Shown one piece after another: positions 25,522 to 37,412 of a stretch of 64,000 bases of DNA. The position numbers and the translations under genes were made by a program. Source of the DNA: Azolla caroliniana (taxonomy: Eukaryota > Plantae > Polypodiophyta); NCBI GenBank assembly GCA_043228905.1, contig JBHGNT010000011.1, forward strand, positions 1,426,001 to 1,490,000, read 5' to 3'. Every line of letters begins with the position of its first letter. Positions within the stretch are counted from its first letter, which is position 1. The notes beneath the pieces are model-generated. The model did no database searches. It had not been told where the DNA came from and saw only the letters and a program-made list of their open reading frames with translations.

Positions 25522-28500
25522 TGTTGGGATTTCGGTCCCTCCGGATGGGATGTCCGGAGATGAATGACGGCAAGCCCGGTTACGGTTACGGAGCCGGATG
25601 ATGAAGACCCCGGTTTCAAAGCCGGATGACGAATGTACCCGGAGAGAGATACGGATGCGGAGACATATTTGTGAATATGTTTGCCAAGAGCCCTTGTGGC
25701 TATATTTGTAAATAGCCCGAAAGTCATATGTGTATAAATATGACTTAGGGCAAACAGTTAAGTAGTTGTTGCTCATTTTTCTGTTTTCCACTAAGAGGGA
25801 GCGAAGTGAGAGCAGCCGAGAGTGAGTGAGAGAGAAGGAGGAAGGAAGAGGTCGACGCCTCTGCGTAATACCGCCGCCTGTGGCGAGAACAACGAGCTCA
25901 AGGTCGTCGCCTTGCAGCTCGCCATTGTACATTTCCGCGTATAGTGATAGTTGGAGTATTGCACTCCCGTGGTTTTTTCCCATTTAGGGTTTTCCACGTA
26001 AAACATCCAGTGTGCCCTTCTCTCTATTGTTTTTCGTGCACTGTTGTATTTCCCGTTTTCTGTGAATCGATCCTGTTCCTCGGTTGTGGCCGAGCACGGA
26101 ATTACGACAAATTGGTATCAGAGCGACGGTAACACAGAAAATGGAAGGCGGCAGCAGCGGGCAGCCGGGGATGATGGTGCTGAATGCGCAGAACTACGCC
26201 GACTGGAAGATAAAGATGGAGGATCTGCTCATTGTTTGGGATCTGTATGAACCGATCGACAGGTCGGAAATAACCAAGGGGGTACTTGAGACGGAGTGGA
26301 GGCTTCTGAACCGGAAAGCCGTTGCAACCATTCGGCAATACGTCGACGTGAGCGTTCTACAACACGTGGCGAACGACACCAACGCATATGAGATGTGGCG
26401 GAAGCTGTCGGGCCTCTACGAGAGGAAGAATGCGTTGAACCGGACCTCCCTGATGAGAAAGATAGTGAACCTCAAGTACCGGGACGGCGAGAGTATGGTG
26501 GAACACGTAAGCACGTTCATGGGATTCGTGAACCAGCTTGCGGCGATCAAGTTCCCGTTGGAGGATGCAATGCAAGCCATCATCCTGATGTGTACATTGC
26601 CGGACAGCTGGGAGAACTTGGTGGTGACTCTCAGCACCTCCTGCACCGAAGATAACTTGTCCCTACAAACGGTAAAGACAAGTATTTTGAACGAAGAAGC
26701 GCGTCGGAGAGATAAACAACCGGTTTCTGATCAGAAGATGCTGCTTACCGAATCGGATCGGGGAAGACAATGGAACCGGAGTCCGCAAAGACGGGAGAAG
26801 TCGGGGACCCGGTCGCAGTCAAGAGGAAGGCCAACATGCTTCCACTGTGGGAAGCCGGGGCACTTCCGGAAGAATTGTCGGCATTACCGAAAGGACAACG
26901 GAGCCGACGACACCGATTCGAAGAAGTCACCGGAGAGAAACGGTGCATACCGGGGAGCCACGGACCGGAGAGGTCCGGATCGGCGAGGGCAGGACCGGAA
27001 AGGAACGACGGCACTCGCGGCAAGTGAAGAAGAGATAATGCTTATTACCGAAGAGAGGGAGCTGAACCTTGCCGGTGTAGAGATGACCTGGGTGGTCGAT
27101 TCCGGAGCGTCGTTCCACCTGACCCCGGAGAAGAAATACTTCTCATCCTACCCAGCCGGTGAGCACGGCTGTGTCCGGATGGGAAATGAAGGCACATGCC
27201 GGATTGCCGGCATAGGAGACGTGTGGCTGTTGACATCAACCGGATGCAAGATGCTGTTGAAGGATGTGCGACACGTTCCGGAGGTCCGTTTGAACCTGAT
27301 CTCGGCCGGGAGGCTAGATGATGAAGGCTACACGGGTAGCATCCGGAACGGTGTCATGAAGTTCAGCAAGGGGAGCCTGATAGTGGCTTGGGCCCGGAAG
27401 GTCAACACCCTGTACCTGATGAATTCCCGGCTATGTCCGGAGGAGCTGAACATGGCAGCCGACACTGCCGGTGAGCTGTGGCACAAGAGACTGTGCCACA
27501 TGAGCGAGAAGGGGATGAAGAGGCTTGCAGAAGACAACCTCATTCCAGTGAAGCATGTGCATCTGGAGAAGTGCACCGATTGCCTGGCCGGTAAGCAGAA
27601 CCGAACCTCCTTCCACTAAAGTCCACCGACGAGACGTAGCGCACCATCGGAGTTGGTGCACACGGATGTGTGTCAGGTAGAAACGAAGTCACATGGCGGA
27701 GCCCAGTACTTCGTGACTTTCATTGATGATCACAGCCGGAAGCTGTGGACGGCGCCGTTGAAGACAAAGGACCAAGTGTTGTCCGTCTTCAAAGAACTCT
27801 ACGCAAGAGTGGAAAGGGAATCCGGCAAGAAGCTGAAAGCGATACGAGCGGATAACGGAGGGGAATACCGGGGGCAGTTCCAGGAGTACTGTCGCTCGAA
27901 GGGAATCCGGCTCGAGTTTACTGTGCCGAAGACGCCGGAACTGAACGGGCTGGCCGAGAGGATGAACCGGACCATAATGGAGAGGGTCCGGAGTATGCTG
28001 GCGCATGCGAAATTACCCAAGGGGTTTTGGGCTGAGGCAATGTCGACGGCGACATACGTGATAAACAGATCACCCTCAGTACCTTTGGACGGAGACACGC
28101 CGCAGAAAGTGTGGACCGGTAAGGAAGTGTCCTACCGGCATCTGAAGGTGTTCGGGTGTCTCGCATACGTGCATGTGGCAAAGGACCGGAGAGGAAAGCT
28201 AGATCCAAAGACCCGGCCATGCATATTCCTCGGTTACGGCGACGACGAGTTCGGCTACCGAGTATGGGACCCGGTCGACAAGAAGATATTCAGGAGTCGA
28301 GACATCATCTTCATGGAGGACAAGACACTCGCCGACTGGGAGTCGGAGAAGAAGATGAAGAGCTGCTCCAAGTCGACCGGTGAGGATCAACTCTACGAGG
28401 AGCAGTCCCGACCGGCAAGGGACCGGTTAACACTCGAGGATCCGGCCGAAGACTATGAAGAAACAGAACCGGCCAAAGAAGATGAAAATGATACTGGAAC

Positions 28501-30815
28501 CGGCCCCGATCCCGAAATGGATTCGGATGAAGAAGAATCGGAAGAACCGGTTACCGAAGCTCCGGAACGGAGATATCCTCTAACAGAGAGAAGGGCCCCC
28601 CGGAGATTTCCGGAACCAGAGCACGTGCTGCTAACCGACGAAGGGGAGCCGGAGAGCTTTGAAGAAGCAAAGCATGACACCCAGAGCCGCAGGTGGTTGA
28701 GTGCCATGCAGGACGAGATGAATTCCCTGCATGAGAACCACACATATAAACTTGTGGAGTTGCCGAAAGGAAAGCGGGCACTTCGAAACAAGTGGGTGTT
28801 CAAGCTGAAACCGGGAGATGCCGGAAACCCCCCGAGATACAAAGCCAGGATCGTGGTGAAGGGGTTTCAGCAGAAGAAGGGCGTCGACTTCGACGAGATA
28901 TTCGCCCCAGTAGTGAAGATGACCTCCATCCGGACGGTGCTGAGCATAGCGGCAAGCATGGACCTCGAGGTTGAACAGATGGACGTGAAGACGGCATTCC
29001 TTCACGGTGACCTCGAAGAAGAGATCTACATGCAGCAACCGGAAGGATTCGAGAAGAAAGGGAAGGAGCACCTGGTATGCCGGTTGAAGAAGAGCCTTTA
29101 CGGACTGAAGCAGGCTCCCCGGCAATGGTACCGGAAGTTCGACTCCTTCATGACCGACGAAGGGTACCACAAAACGCAGTCTGATCACTGCGTGTTTGTG
29201 AAGAAGTTCGAAGGAGGAGACTCTCTAATACTCCTCCTGTACGTGGACGACATGTTGATCGTCGGACGGGACCAGGTCAAGATACGGACGCTGAAGAAAG
29301 CACTTCACCGAACCTTCTCAATGAAGGACCTGGGTCCGGCGAGGCAAATACTAGGGATGCACATCATCCGGGACCGGAAGAAGAAGCAGTTGTGGCTGTC
29401 ACAGGAGAAGTACGTGACAAAGGTTCTTCACCGGTTCAACATGTCGGAAGCAAGACCGGTCGGGTCAACCCTCCCGGGAAACTGCAAGTTGTCCAGCAAG
29501 CAAAGCCCCAAGACAAAGGCTGAGAAGGAGGATATGATGAAAGTACCATATGCCTCTGCCGTCGGAAGCTTAATGTACGCAATGGTGTGTACAAGACCGG
29601 ACATAGGATATGCAGTTGGAGTGGTGAGCCGGTACATGAGCAATCCCGGCAAAGAGCACTGGAACGCGGTCAAGTGGATACTCCGATACCTGAAGGGCAC
29701 GGCAAACGTGTGCCTCCGATTCGGCTCCGGTAAGCCCGAACTCGACGGCTTTACCGATTCGGATATGTCGGCTGATGCAGATACCAGCCGGTCCACATCA
29801 GGGTATGTGATGACGTATGCAGGGGGAGCTGTTTCGTGGCAGTCGAGACTGCAGAAGACGGTTGCGTTGTCAACCACGGAGGCGGAGTACATGGCGGCTG
29901 TTGAAGCCGGCAAGGAAATAATATGGATGAAGGACTTCATTAGAGAGCTCGGTATCCAGCAGGAGGAGTACCGACTCTACTTCGACAGTCAGAGTGCCAT
30001 CCACCTTGCGAAGAACGCGGCTTATCACTCCCGGACGAAGCACATCCAGCGAAGATATCACTGGATCCGGGAAAGGATAGAAGACAAGGAGTTCGTGCTG
30101 ACGAAGGTCCACACGGACGAGAACGGGTCGGATATGCTGACCAAGGTGCTCACACCCGACAAGCTGGAAGCATGCCGGAAGAGGATCGGACTGGAGAGAC
30201 ATCCCATGCCGAAGTGAAGGGGGAGTTTGTTGGGATTTCGGTCCCTCCGGATGGGATGTCCGGAGATGAATGACGGCAAGCCCGGTTACGGTTACGGAGC
30301 CGGATGATGAAGACCCCGGTTTCAGAGCCGGATGACGAATGTACCCGGAGAGAGATACGGATGCGGAGACATATTTGTGAATATGTTTGCCAAGAGCCCT
30401 TGTGGCTATATTTGTAAATAGCCCGAAAGTCATATGTGTATAAATATGACTTAGGGCAAACAGTTAAGTAGTTGTTGCTCATTTTTCTGTTTTCCACTAA
30501 GAGGGAGCGAAGTGAGAGCAGCCGAGAGTGAGTGAGAGAGAAGGAGGAAGGAAGAGGTCGACGCCTCTGCGTAATACCGCCGCCTGTGGCGAGAACAGCG
30601 AGCTCAAGGTCGTCGCCTTGCAGCTCGCCATTGTACATTTCCGCGTATAGTGATAGTTGGAGTATTGCACTCCCGTGGTTTTTTCCCATTTAGGGTTTTC
30701 CACGTAAAACATCCAGTGTGCCCTTCTCTCTATTGTTTTTCGTGCACTGTTGTATTTCCCGTTTTCTGTGAATCGATCCTGTTCCTCGGTTGTGGCCGAG
30801 CACGGAATTACGACA
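25522..30815 (+). mobile_element. Full-length Ty1/copia element 'b' (TSD GCCTG), young
   Basis: 588-bp LTRs at 25522-26109 and 30228-30815 with two differences seen by eye. iMet PBS at 26113. GCCTG at 25517-25521 and 30816-30820. Confidence 0.95.
26141..30217 (+). pseudogene. Copia b gag-pol (gag, CCHC, PR, GAG-pre-integrase, INT, RT, RNase H) with one in-frame stop
   Basis: CFHCGKPGHFRKNC, WVVDSGAS, LWHKRLCH, VHTDVC, QMDVKTAFLHG, LYVDDML and DSDMSAD. TAA at 27617-27619 where sibling a has TCA. Confidence 0.93.
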
Positions 30816-30820
30816 GCCTG

Positions 30821-33652
30821 ATAGTGGTTCGGGCCCGGAAAGTCAACACACTGTACCTTATGAATGCCTGGTTGTGTCCGGAGGAGTTGAACGTGGCAGC
30901 CGACACTGCCGGTGAGCTGTGGCACAAGAGACTGTGCCACATGAGTGAGAAGGGGATGAAGAGGCTTGCAGAAGACAACCTTATTCCAGTGAAGCATGTG
31001 CACCTGGAGAAGTGCACCGATTGCCTGGCCGGTAAGCAGAACCGAACCTCCTTCCACTCAAGGCCACCGACGAGACGTAGCGCACCATTGGAGTTGGTGC
31101 ACACTGACGTGTGTCAAGTAGAAACGAAGTCACATGGCGGAGCCCAGTACTTCGTGACATTCATTGATGACCACAGCTGGAAGCTGTGGACGGCACCGTT
31201 GAAAACAAAGGACCAAGTGTTGTGCGTCTTCAAAGAACTCCACGCGAGAGTGGAAAGGGAATCCGGCAAGAAGCTGAAAGCGATACGAGCGGATAACGGA
31301 GGGGAATACCGGGGGCAGTTCGAGGAGTACTGTCGCTCGAAGGGAATCCGGCTCGAGTTTACTGTGCCGAAGACGCCGAAACTGAACGGGCTGGCCGAGA
31401 GGATGAACCGGACCATAATGGAGAGGGTCCGGAGTATGCTGGCGCATGCGAAATTACCCAAGGGGTTTTGGGCTGAGGCAATGTCGACGGCGACATACGT
31501 GATAAACAGATCACCCTCAGTACCTTTGGACGGAGACACGCCGCAGAGAGTGTGGACCGGTAGGGAAGTATCCTACCGGCATCTGAAGGTGTTCGGGTGT
31601 CTCGCATATGTGCATGTGGCAAAGGACCGGAGAGGAAAGCTAGATCCAAAGACCCGGCCATGCATATTCCTCGGTTACGGCGATGACGAGTTCGGCTACC
31701 TAGTATGGGACCCGGTCGACAAAAAGATATTCCGGAGTCGTGATATCATCTTCATGGAGGACAAGACACTCGCCGACTGGGAGTCGGAGAAGAAGATGAA
31801 GAGCTCCAAGTCGACCGGTGAGGATCAACTCTACGAGGAGCAGTCCCGACCGGCAAGGGACCGGTTAGCACTCGAGGATCCGGCCGAAGACGGGGAAGAA
31901 ACAGAACCGGCCGAGGAAGATGAAACTGATACCGGAACCGGCCCCGATACCGAAATGGATTCGGATGAAGAGGAAACGGAGGAGCCAGTTACCGAAGCTC
32001 CGGAACGGAGATATCCTCTAAGAGAGAGAAGGTCCCCCTGGAGATTTCCGGAACCAGAGCACGTGCTGCTAACCGACGAGGGGGAGCCGGAGAGTTTTGA
32101 AGAAGCAAAGCTTGACACCCATAGCCGCAGGTGGTTAAGTGCCATGCAGGAGGAGATGGATTCCCTGCATGAGAACCACACATATGAACTTATGGAGTTG
32201 CCGAAAGGAAAGCGGGCACTTCGAAACAAGTGGGTGTTCAAGCTGAAACCGGGAGATGCCGGAAACCCCCCGAGATACAAAGCCAGGATCGTGGTGAAGG
32301 GGTTCCAGCAGAAGAAGGGCGTCGACTTCGACGAGATATTTGCCCCGGTAGTGAAGATGACCTCCATCCGGATGGTGTTGAGCATAGCGGCAAGCATGGA
32401 CCTCGAGGTAGAACAGATGGACGTGAAGACGGCATTCCTTCTCGGTGACCTCGAAGAAGAGATCTACATGCAGCAACCGGAAGGATTCGAGAAGAAAGGG
32501 AAGGAGCACCTGGTATGCCGGTTGAAGAAGAGCCTTTACGAACTGAAGCAGGCTCCCCGGCAATGGTACCGGAAGTTCGACTCTTTCATGACCGACGAAG
32601 GGTACCACAAAACGCAGTCCGATCACTGCGTGTTTGTGAAGAAGTTCGAAGGAGGAGACTTTCTAATACTCCTGTACGTGGACGACATGTTGATCGTCGG
32701 ACGGGACCAGGTCAAGATACGGATGCTGAAGAAAGCGCTTCACCGAACATTCTCAATGAAGGACCTGGGTCCGGCGAGGCAAATACTAGGGATGCACATC
32801 ATCCGGGACCGGAAGAAGAAGCAGTTGTGGCTGTCACAGGAGAAGTACGTGACAAAGGTTCTTCACCGGTTCAACATGTCGGAAGCAAGACCGGTCGGGT
32901 CAACCCTCCCGGCAAACTGCAAGTTGTCTAGCAAGCAAAGCCCCAAGACAAAGGCTGAGAAGGAGGACATGATGAAAGTACCATATGCCTCTGCCGTCGG
33001 AAGCTTGATGTACGCAATGGTGTGTACAAGACCGGACATAGGATATGCAGTCGGAGTGGTGAGCCGGTACATGAGCAATCCCGGCAAAGAGCACTGGAAC
33101 GCGGCCAAGTGGATACTCCGATACCTGAAGGGCACGACAAACGTGTGCCTCCGATTCGGCTCCGGTAAGCCCGAACTCGACGGCTTTACCGATTCGGATA
33201 TGTCGGCTGATGCAGATACCAGCCGGTCCACATCAGGGTATGTGATGACGTATGCAGGGGGAGCTGTTTCGTGGCAGTCGAGGCTGCAGAAGACGGTTGC
33301 GTTGTCAACCACGGAGGTGGAGTACATGGCGGCTGTTGAAGCCGGCAAGGAAATAATATGGATGAAGGACTTCATTAGAGAGCTCGGTATCCGGCAGGAG
33401 GAGTACCGACTCTACTGCGACAGTCAGAGTGCCATCCACCTTGCGAAGAATGCGGCCTATCACTCCCGGACGAAGCACATCCAGCGAAGATATCATTGGA
33501 TCCGGGAAAGGATAGAAGACCAAGAGTTCGTGCTGACGAAGATCCACACGGACGAGAACGGGTCAGATATGCTGACCAAAGTGCTCACACCCGACAAGCT
33601 GGAAGCGTGCCGGAAGAGGGTCGGACTGGAAAGACATCCCATGCCGAAGTGA
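30821..33652 (+). CDS. Copia a INT-RT-RNase H region (open frame, separated from its gag by b)
   Basis: Continuous frame, near-identical to b pol. It has substitutions in conserved motifs (AFLLGD, LYELKQ), so it is probably defective. Confidence 0.85.
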   Translation: MVVRARKVNTLYLMNAWLCPEELNVAADTAGELWHKRLCHMSEKGMKRLAEDNLIPVKHVHLEKCTDCLAGKQNRTSFHSRPPTRRSAPLELVHTDVCQVETKSHGGAQYFVTFIDDHSWKLWTAPLKTKDQVLCVFKELHARVERESGKKLKAIRADNGGEYRGQFEEYCRSKGIRLEFTVPKTPKLNGLAERMNRTIMERVRSMLAHAKLPKGFWAEAMSTATYVINRSPSVPLDGDTPQRVWTGREVSYRHLKVFGCLAYVHVAKDRRGKLDPKTRPCIFLGYGDDEFGYLVWDPVDKKIFRSRDIIFMEDKTLADWESEKKMKSSKSTGEDQLYEEQSRPARDRLALEDPAEDGEETEPAEEDETDTGTGPDTEMDSDEEETEEPVTEAPERRYPLRERRSPWRFPEPEHVLLTDEGEPESFEEAKLDTHSRRWLSAMQEEMDSLHENHTYELMELPKGKRALRNKWVFKLKPGDAGNPPRYKARIVVKGFQQKKGVDFDEIFAPVVKMTSIRMVLSIAASMDLEVEQMDVKTAFLLGDLEEEIYMQQPEGFEKKGKEHLVCRLKKSLYELKQAPRQWYRKFDSFMTDEGYHKTQSDHCVFVKKFEGGDFLILLYVDDMLIVGRDQVKIRMLKKALHRTFSMKDLGPARQILGMHIIRDRKKKQLWLSQEKYVTKVLHRFNMSEARPVGSTLPANCKLSSKQSPKTKAEKEDMMKVPYASAVGSLMYAMVCTRPDIGYAVGVVSRYMSNPGKEHWNAAKWILRYLKGTTNVCLRFGSGKPELDGFTDSDMSADADTSRSTSGYVMTYAGGAVSWQSRLQKTVALSTTEVEYMAAVEAGKEIIWMKDFIRELGIRQEEYRLYCDSQSAIHLAKNAAYHSRTKHIQRRYHWIRERIEDQEFVLTKIHTDENGSDMLTKVLTPDKLEACRKRVGLERHPMPK

Positions 33653-33803
33653 AGGGGGAGTTTGTTGGGATTACAGTCCCTCCGGATGGGATGGTCAGAT
33701 GTCCGGGAATCGGGAATGAAGACCCGAATGAGGAGTACCCGGTATCGGAACCGGATGATGAAGACCCGGTTTCGGATCCGGATGATGAAGACCCCGGCTA
33801 CGG

Positions 33804-35570
33804 ATCCCGATTCAGTTCGGCGCGAAGGTCCTCAGCGAGCAACAGCGAGGATACGCCCAGGTTAAACGCGAGCTCTAGGGTGTCGTTTCGGCGGTAAAGG
33901 CCGATAAAGACTACCTGATCGGGACAGAGGTAATTATCGAGATGGACTGCCTGCCAATTCTTGGCATGGTTTTCGGATGCGCGACGCCGGACCTGGCAAT
34001 GCTCAGGTGGATAGCGTAGATCAAGTTCCTGAATTCGGAAATACGACACATTTCCAGGAGAGACAATGCCATGGCCGACATGCTTTCAAGGGCGAGGTTT
34101 GAAAACGAGGGCGGCATGGTTTCGGAGGACGAGGAAGTCGGCGTGGACTTCTTCGAGGCAGCTTACGTAACAACCGGCAGGGAATGCACTTCAACGCTTA
34201 ACGATTTCGACGAGAGCAAGTACAACGGGGAGTGACTGCAGATCGGCGGGTTCCTGAAAACAATGACACCGGACGCGGCATGGACAAAGGATGAGGCCAA
34301 CTGGATTCGGAAGAAAGCGTACCGATTCTTTCTCCGAGACGGGTACATATGGAAGCACCTGAAGAAGAGGAACGGCATCCCACTCCGAGTGGTGGCGAAG
34401 AAGGAGGAACAGGAGGATTTGTTGGTGGCGTACCACGATAGTCCTTGGGCTGGACACCGTGGAACGTGGGCCACGTTCGAAAAGCTAAAGGGGAAGTACT
34501 GGTGGCCGGGACTATACCGGGATGTGCATTGGTTCGTGACGACTTGCAAAAGCTGTCAGGTGCACTCCATGATCCGACACCGGGACGAGCTTCACCCGAC
34601 CTATCCTCCGACCGTCCACTTCAAGTGGATGGTGGATTTGGTGACGATGCCAATGGGGGTAGGACAGATGCGGTATCTGGTGTTGGCTCAGGAGGATCTA
34701 ACGAACTAGGTTGAAGGCCGAGCCCTGTAGAACAAGACAACTACAGCCGTGTGCCGGTTTTTGATTGAGGACGTGGTATGTCGATACGGGTGCGTAGGGA
34801 AGATCATGGCTGACCGTGGTGAGTTAGACGCAGAAGAGGCCGAAGAGCTGTTCGACCAGCTAGGAGTCAAACTTTCACTCACCACAGCGTACAATCCAGA
34901 GGCGAACGGGAAGGTAGAGCGCAGACATGGGCCGATTGTCAAAGCGCTAGTACGGGCGTGCGGAGGCCAAGTTGGGAACTGGCCACGGCTGCTACCTTAT
35001 GCCTTGTGGGCGGACCGGACTACGCACAGTTCGGTAACGGGGTTCATGCCGGCAGAGCTTATGTTCGGACAGAAGCCAATCATGCCAACAGAGCGAACGA
35101 TCTCCTCGTGGGCCATGGTGGACTGGAGGGATGAGATGAGCCGGGAGGAACTGTTGGCGGCGCGGATTCGACAGCTCGAGCGGAGGCTGGAGGACGTAGA
35201 GCGAGCCGCGGAGAAACTTCGGGTAGCGAGGATAAGGAACAAAGCCCGGTTCGACCGAACACACCGGCTCCGGCCAAGGAAGATCGAGGAAGGCGACTGG
35301 GTGCTAGTCTACAACAACAACCTCGACAATTAGCACAGGGCCACACGGAAGTTTGCGAGGAGGTGGTTCGGGCCTTACGTAGTAACAGGCGCCAACGACA
35401 ATGGGACGTACCATCTCGTGGAGCTCGACGGTACGAGAATGGCGATACCGGTAGCGGGGAAGAGGATCAAAGCGTTCAAGAAACGACACGACGGTGAGCC
35501 AGAGCTAGGAGGAATGGACAGCAACGACGAGCAGCCCGAGGCAGAGGACGAACCGGTAAACGAGGAATAA
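33804..35570 (+). pseudogene. Element E RNase H C-terminal part and integrase
   Basis: YHDSPWAGH...C..CQ zinc finger, WMVDLVTM, ADRGELD, AYNPEANGKVER and WFGPY. Acidic tail and no chromodomain. Confidence 0.9.
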
Positions 35571-37412
35571 AAGCAAGGACCGGTTTTCTTCAGTAGGAAC
35601 CCAATTCTGGCGCATACCGGTGGATGCGCGGTTAGGTGGGGGCGGATTTCGTGAAGAAAACCGTCCCCAGGCACAAACCGTGTATAGTGTGCGTGAACCG
35701 GCCCTTATACGTGGGCACACCCCTTGTTGTATAGTAGATAGGTAGGCACAAAAGTCGAATCCTAGGTAGCAATATTCTATAGGGAGAATCGAGGAGTATC
35801 TCTCCCCGAAAGGATAGAGTATTAACGTGATGTAAACGGGTCAACGGCCTCCCTCCTTGAGCTATAAAAGAGAGGGAGACGGGGAGAGCAGGGGGGGCGC
35901 TTGAGAGGACGAAGTGCTGTCAGACTGGGACCGAGCTCTTCTTCTCTGTCGTTCTCCATAGCTTCCTTTTGCGCAGGTTCTCGAGAGGTTGATTCTGCTC
36001 CGTGGAATGCCCGTGTGCTTCCGGTAGAATCTCCATCTTGCTCCCCTGTGTGCGTGGGTGATCAGGCGTCGGCATCCATCTCGCCGACCTGATCGGCTGT
36101 AACCGTTCGAGTCGTCTGCATACACATATTTATATACATACACTAGTGTTCTTATACTCTATCTCCTGCTCAACTCGTGTCTCCTGTGTTGTTGGGCCGC
36201 ATTCCCGTGTGCTTCTTTCTCTATAAGTGTGTGAGCGTGTCTCTCTCTCTCTCTCTTTTCTCACCTATTCCTCGGTCCAAGACCCCAGTGGTCCCGCCTT
36301 GTTCTCCACGCACGCGCGTAACAACGCGACAACGTGCGGTTTGGTGGGGGTGGATGTCCTGAAGATTTCTGGCTATAGTGTGAAACTGGGGTGGAATAGG
36401 GCAAGTCGGTGGTGTGCAACATGAGCACATGTACAATATGGAACGATGTATAGAATAAGGGGGAGTATTGATCCCACATTGTAACGCTCCTCCCTCCTTG
36501 GGTTATAAAAGGAAGGGAGGGGTCTCTTGTAGAGGGTTGCCCATTTTGTGTCGTAGGGGTATACCTTTTTTTTTAGTCTTTCTTTTATTGGGAGTTTCTA
36601 GGGTTAGTAACTTCTTTTTCTTCTTCTCCTTCTTGAGAAGTTAGGCGCGGTAGCCATGGCAACAAAGCTCTGTTAGGGTTAGCTTCTTTTCTTCTGAGCG
36701 TTGTCGAGGTATTCCTCACGGATGCGTGGAATGAGGTGGGACCTCGGGGGTCTTGTACCAAAGAGCAAGAGAGAAAGGAAAAGGGAAGAGACCCACTAGG
36801 TGCGAGCGTAGATCCACAGGGACACGGCCCTTCGACACGAAGACGCGAGCGGGAAGCCAACACAGAGAGACACGAAGGAATGTATGTATATATTCACAGA
36901 GACGAACAACAAAACACGGAAGCAACAAAAACACGAAATCGGTTACAACCGAACAGGCCTACGAACAGATGCCGATGCCTGTTCGTAAATGCACAGAAAG
37001 ACAGGAGCAGGTTGGAGGTGCTGCCGGAAGCACTCGGGCATTCCTCAGAGCAGCGCGGGCCTCCCGAAACCTGCACAGAAGGAAGCTATGTAGTTCGCGA
37101 ACCAGAGAGAGAGAGAGAAGCCTTCGCACACAAACCGACAGCACTTCGTCCTCGACTCTCCGCGATCCCCTCCCCTTTCTCGTCTCCCTCCTTTTATAGG
37201 CAAGGAAGGAGCCGTTTCCCCTCTACTTCCTACCCACTAAATCTACCCGCCTAGGACCTTCTATGGACTACATTCGAGAAGAGCCGGTTCCTACGCTCCT
37301 GTGCACCAATTCCGCTCGTGGACGGTTTTCTTCACGACATCCGCCCCCACCTAACCGCGCATCCACCGGCATGCGCCAAATTGAGTTGGGACGGAGAAAA
37401 CCGGTCCAGCCT

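Larger units (their letters stand above)
23618..33803 (+). mobile_element. Ty1/copia element 'a' inserted in the RT of E; interrupted by sibling 'b'; 3' LTR truncated
   Basis: 5' LTR 23618-24251. PBS TGGTATCAGAGC at 24255. gag-PR 24283-25521 and pol 30821-33652. PPT GAAGGGGGAG. The 3' LTR runs 33663 to about 33803 and then joins E RNase H through a deletion. Confidence 0.92.
19341..36331 (+). mobile_element. Element E: autonomous-type tRNA-Trp-primed non-chromoviral Ty3/gypsy (decayed), inserted just upstream of the D PPT (4-bp TSD ACGT)
   Basis: LTRs 19341-20024 and 35647-36331. PBS 20029-20046. PPT GGTTAGGTGGGGGCGGA. ACGT at 19337-19340 and 36332-36335. Confidence 0.92.

Noticed and set aside
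30650-30820. Novel N-terminal domain on the 1000-aa ORF
   Set aside because: It is translated LTR sequence from a GTG start that is open by chance.
23618-33803. Tandem three-LTR copia array or assembly duplication
   Set aside because: The GCCTG TSD and in-frame rejoining of element a show a nested insertion, and the a and b LTRs differ.
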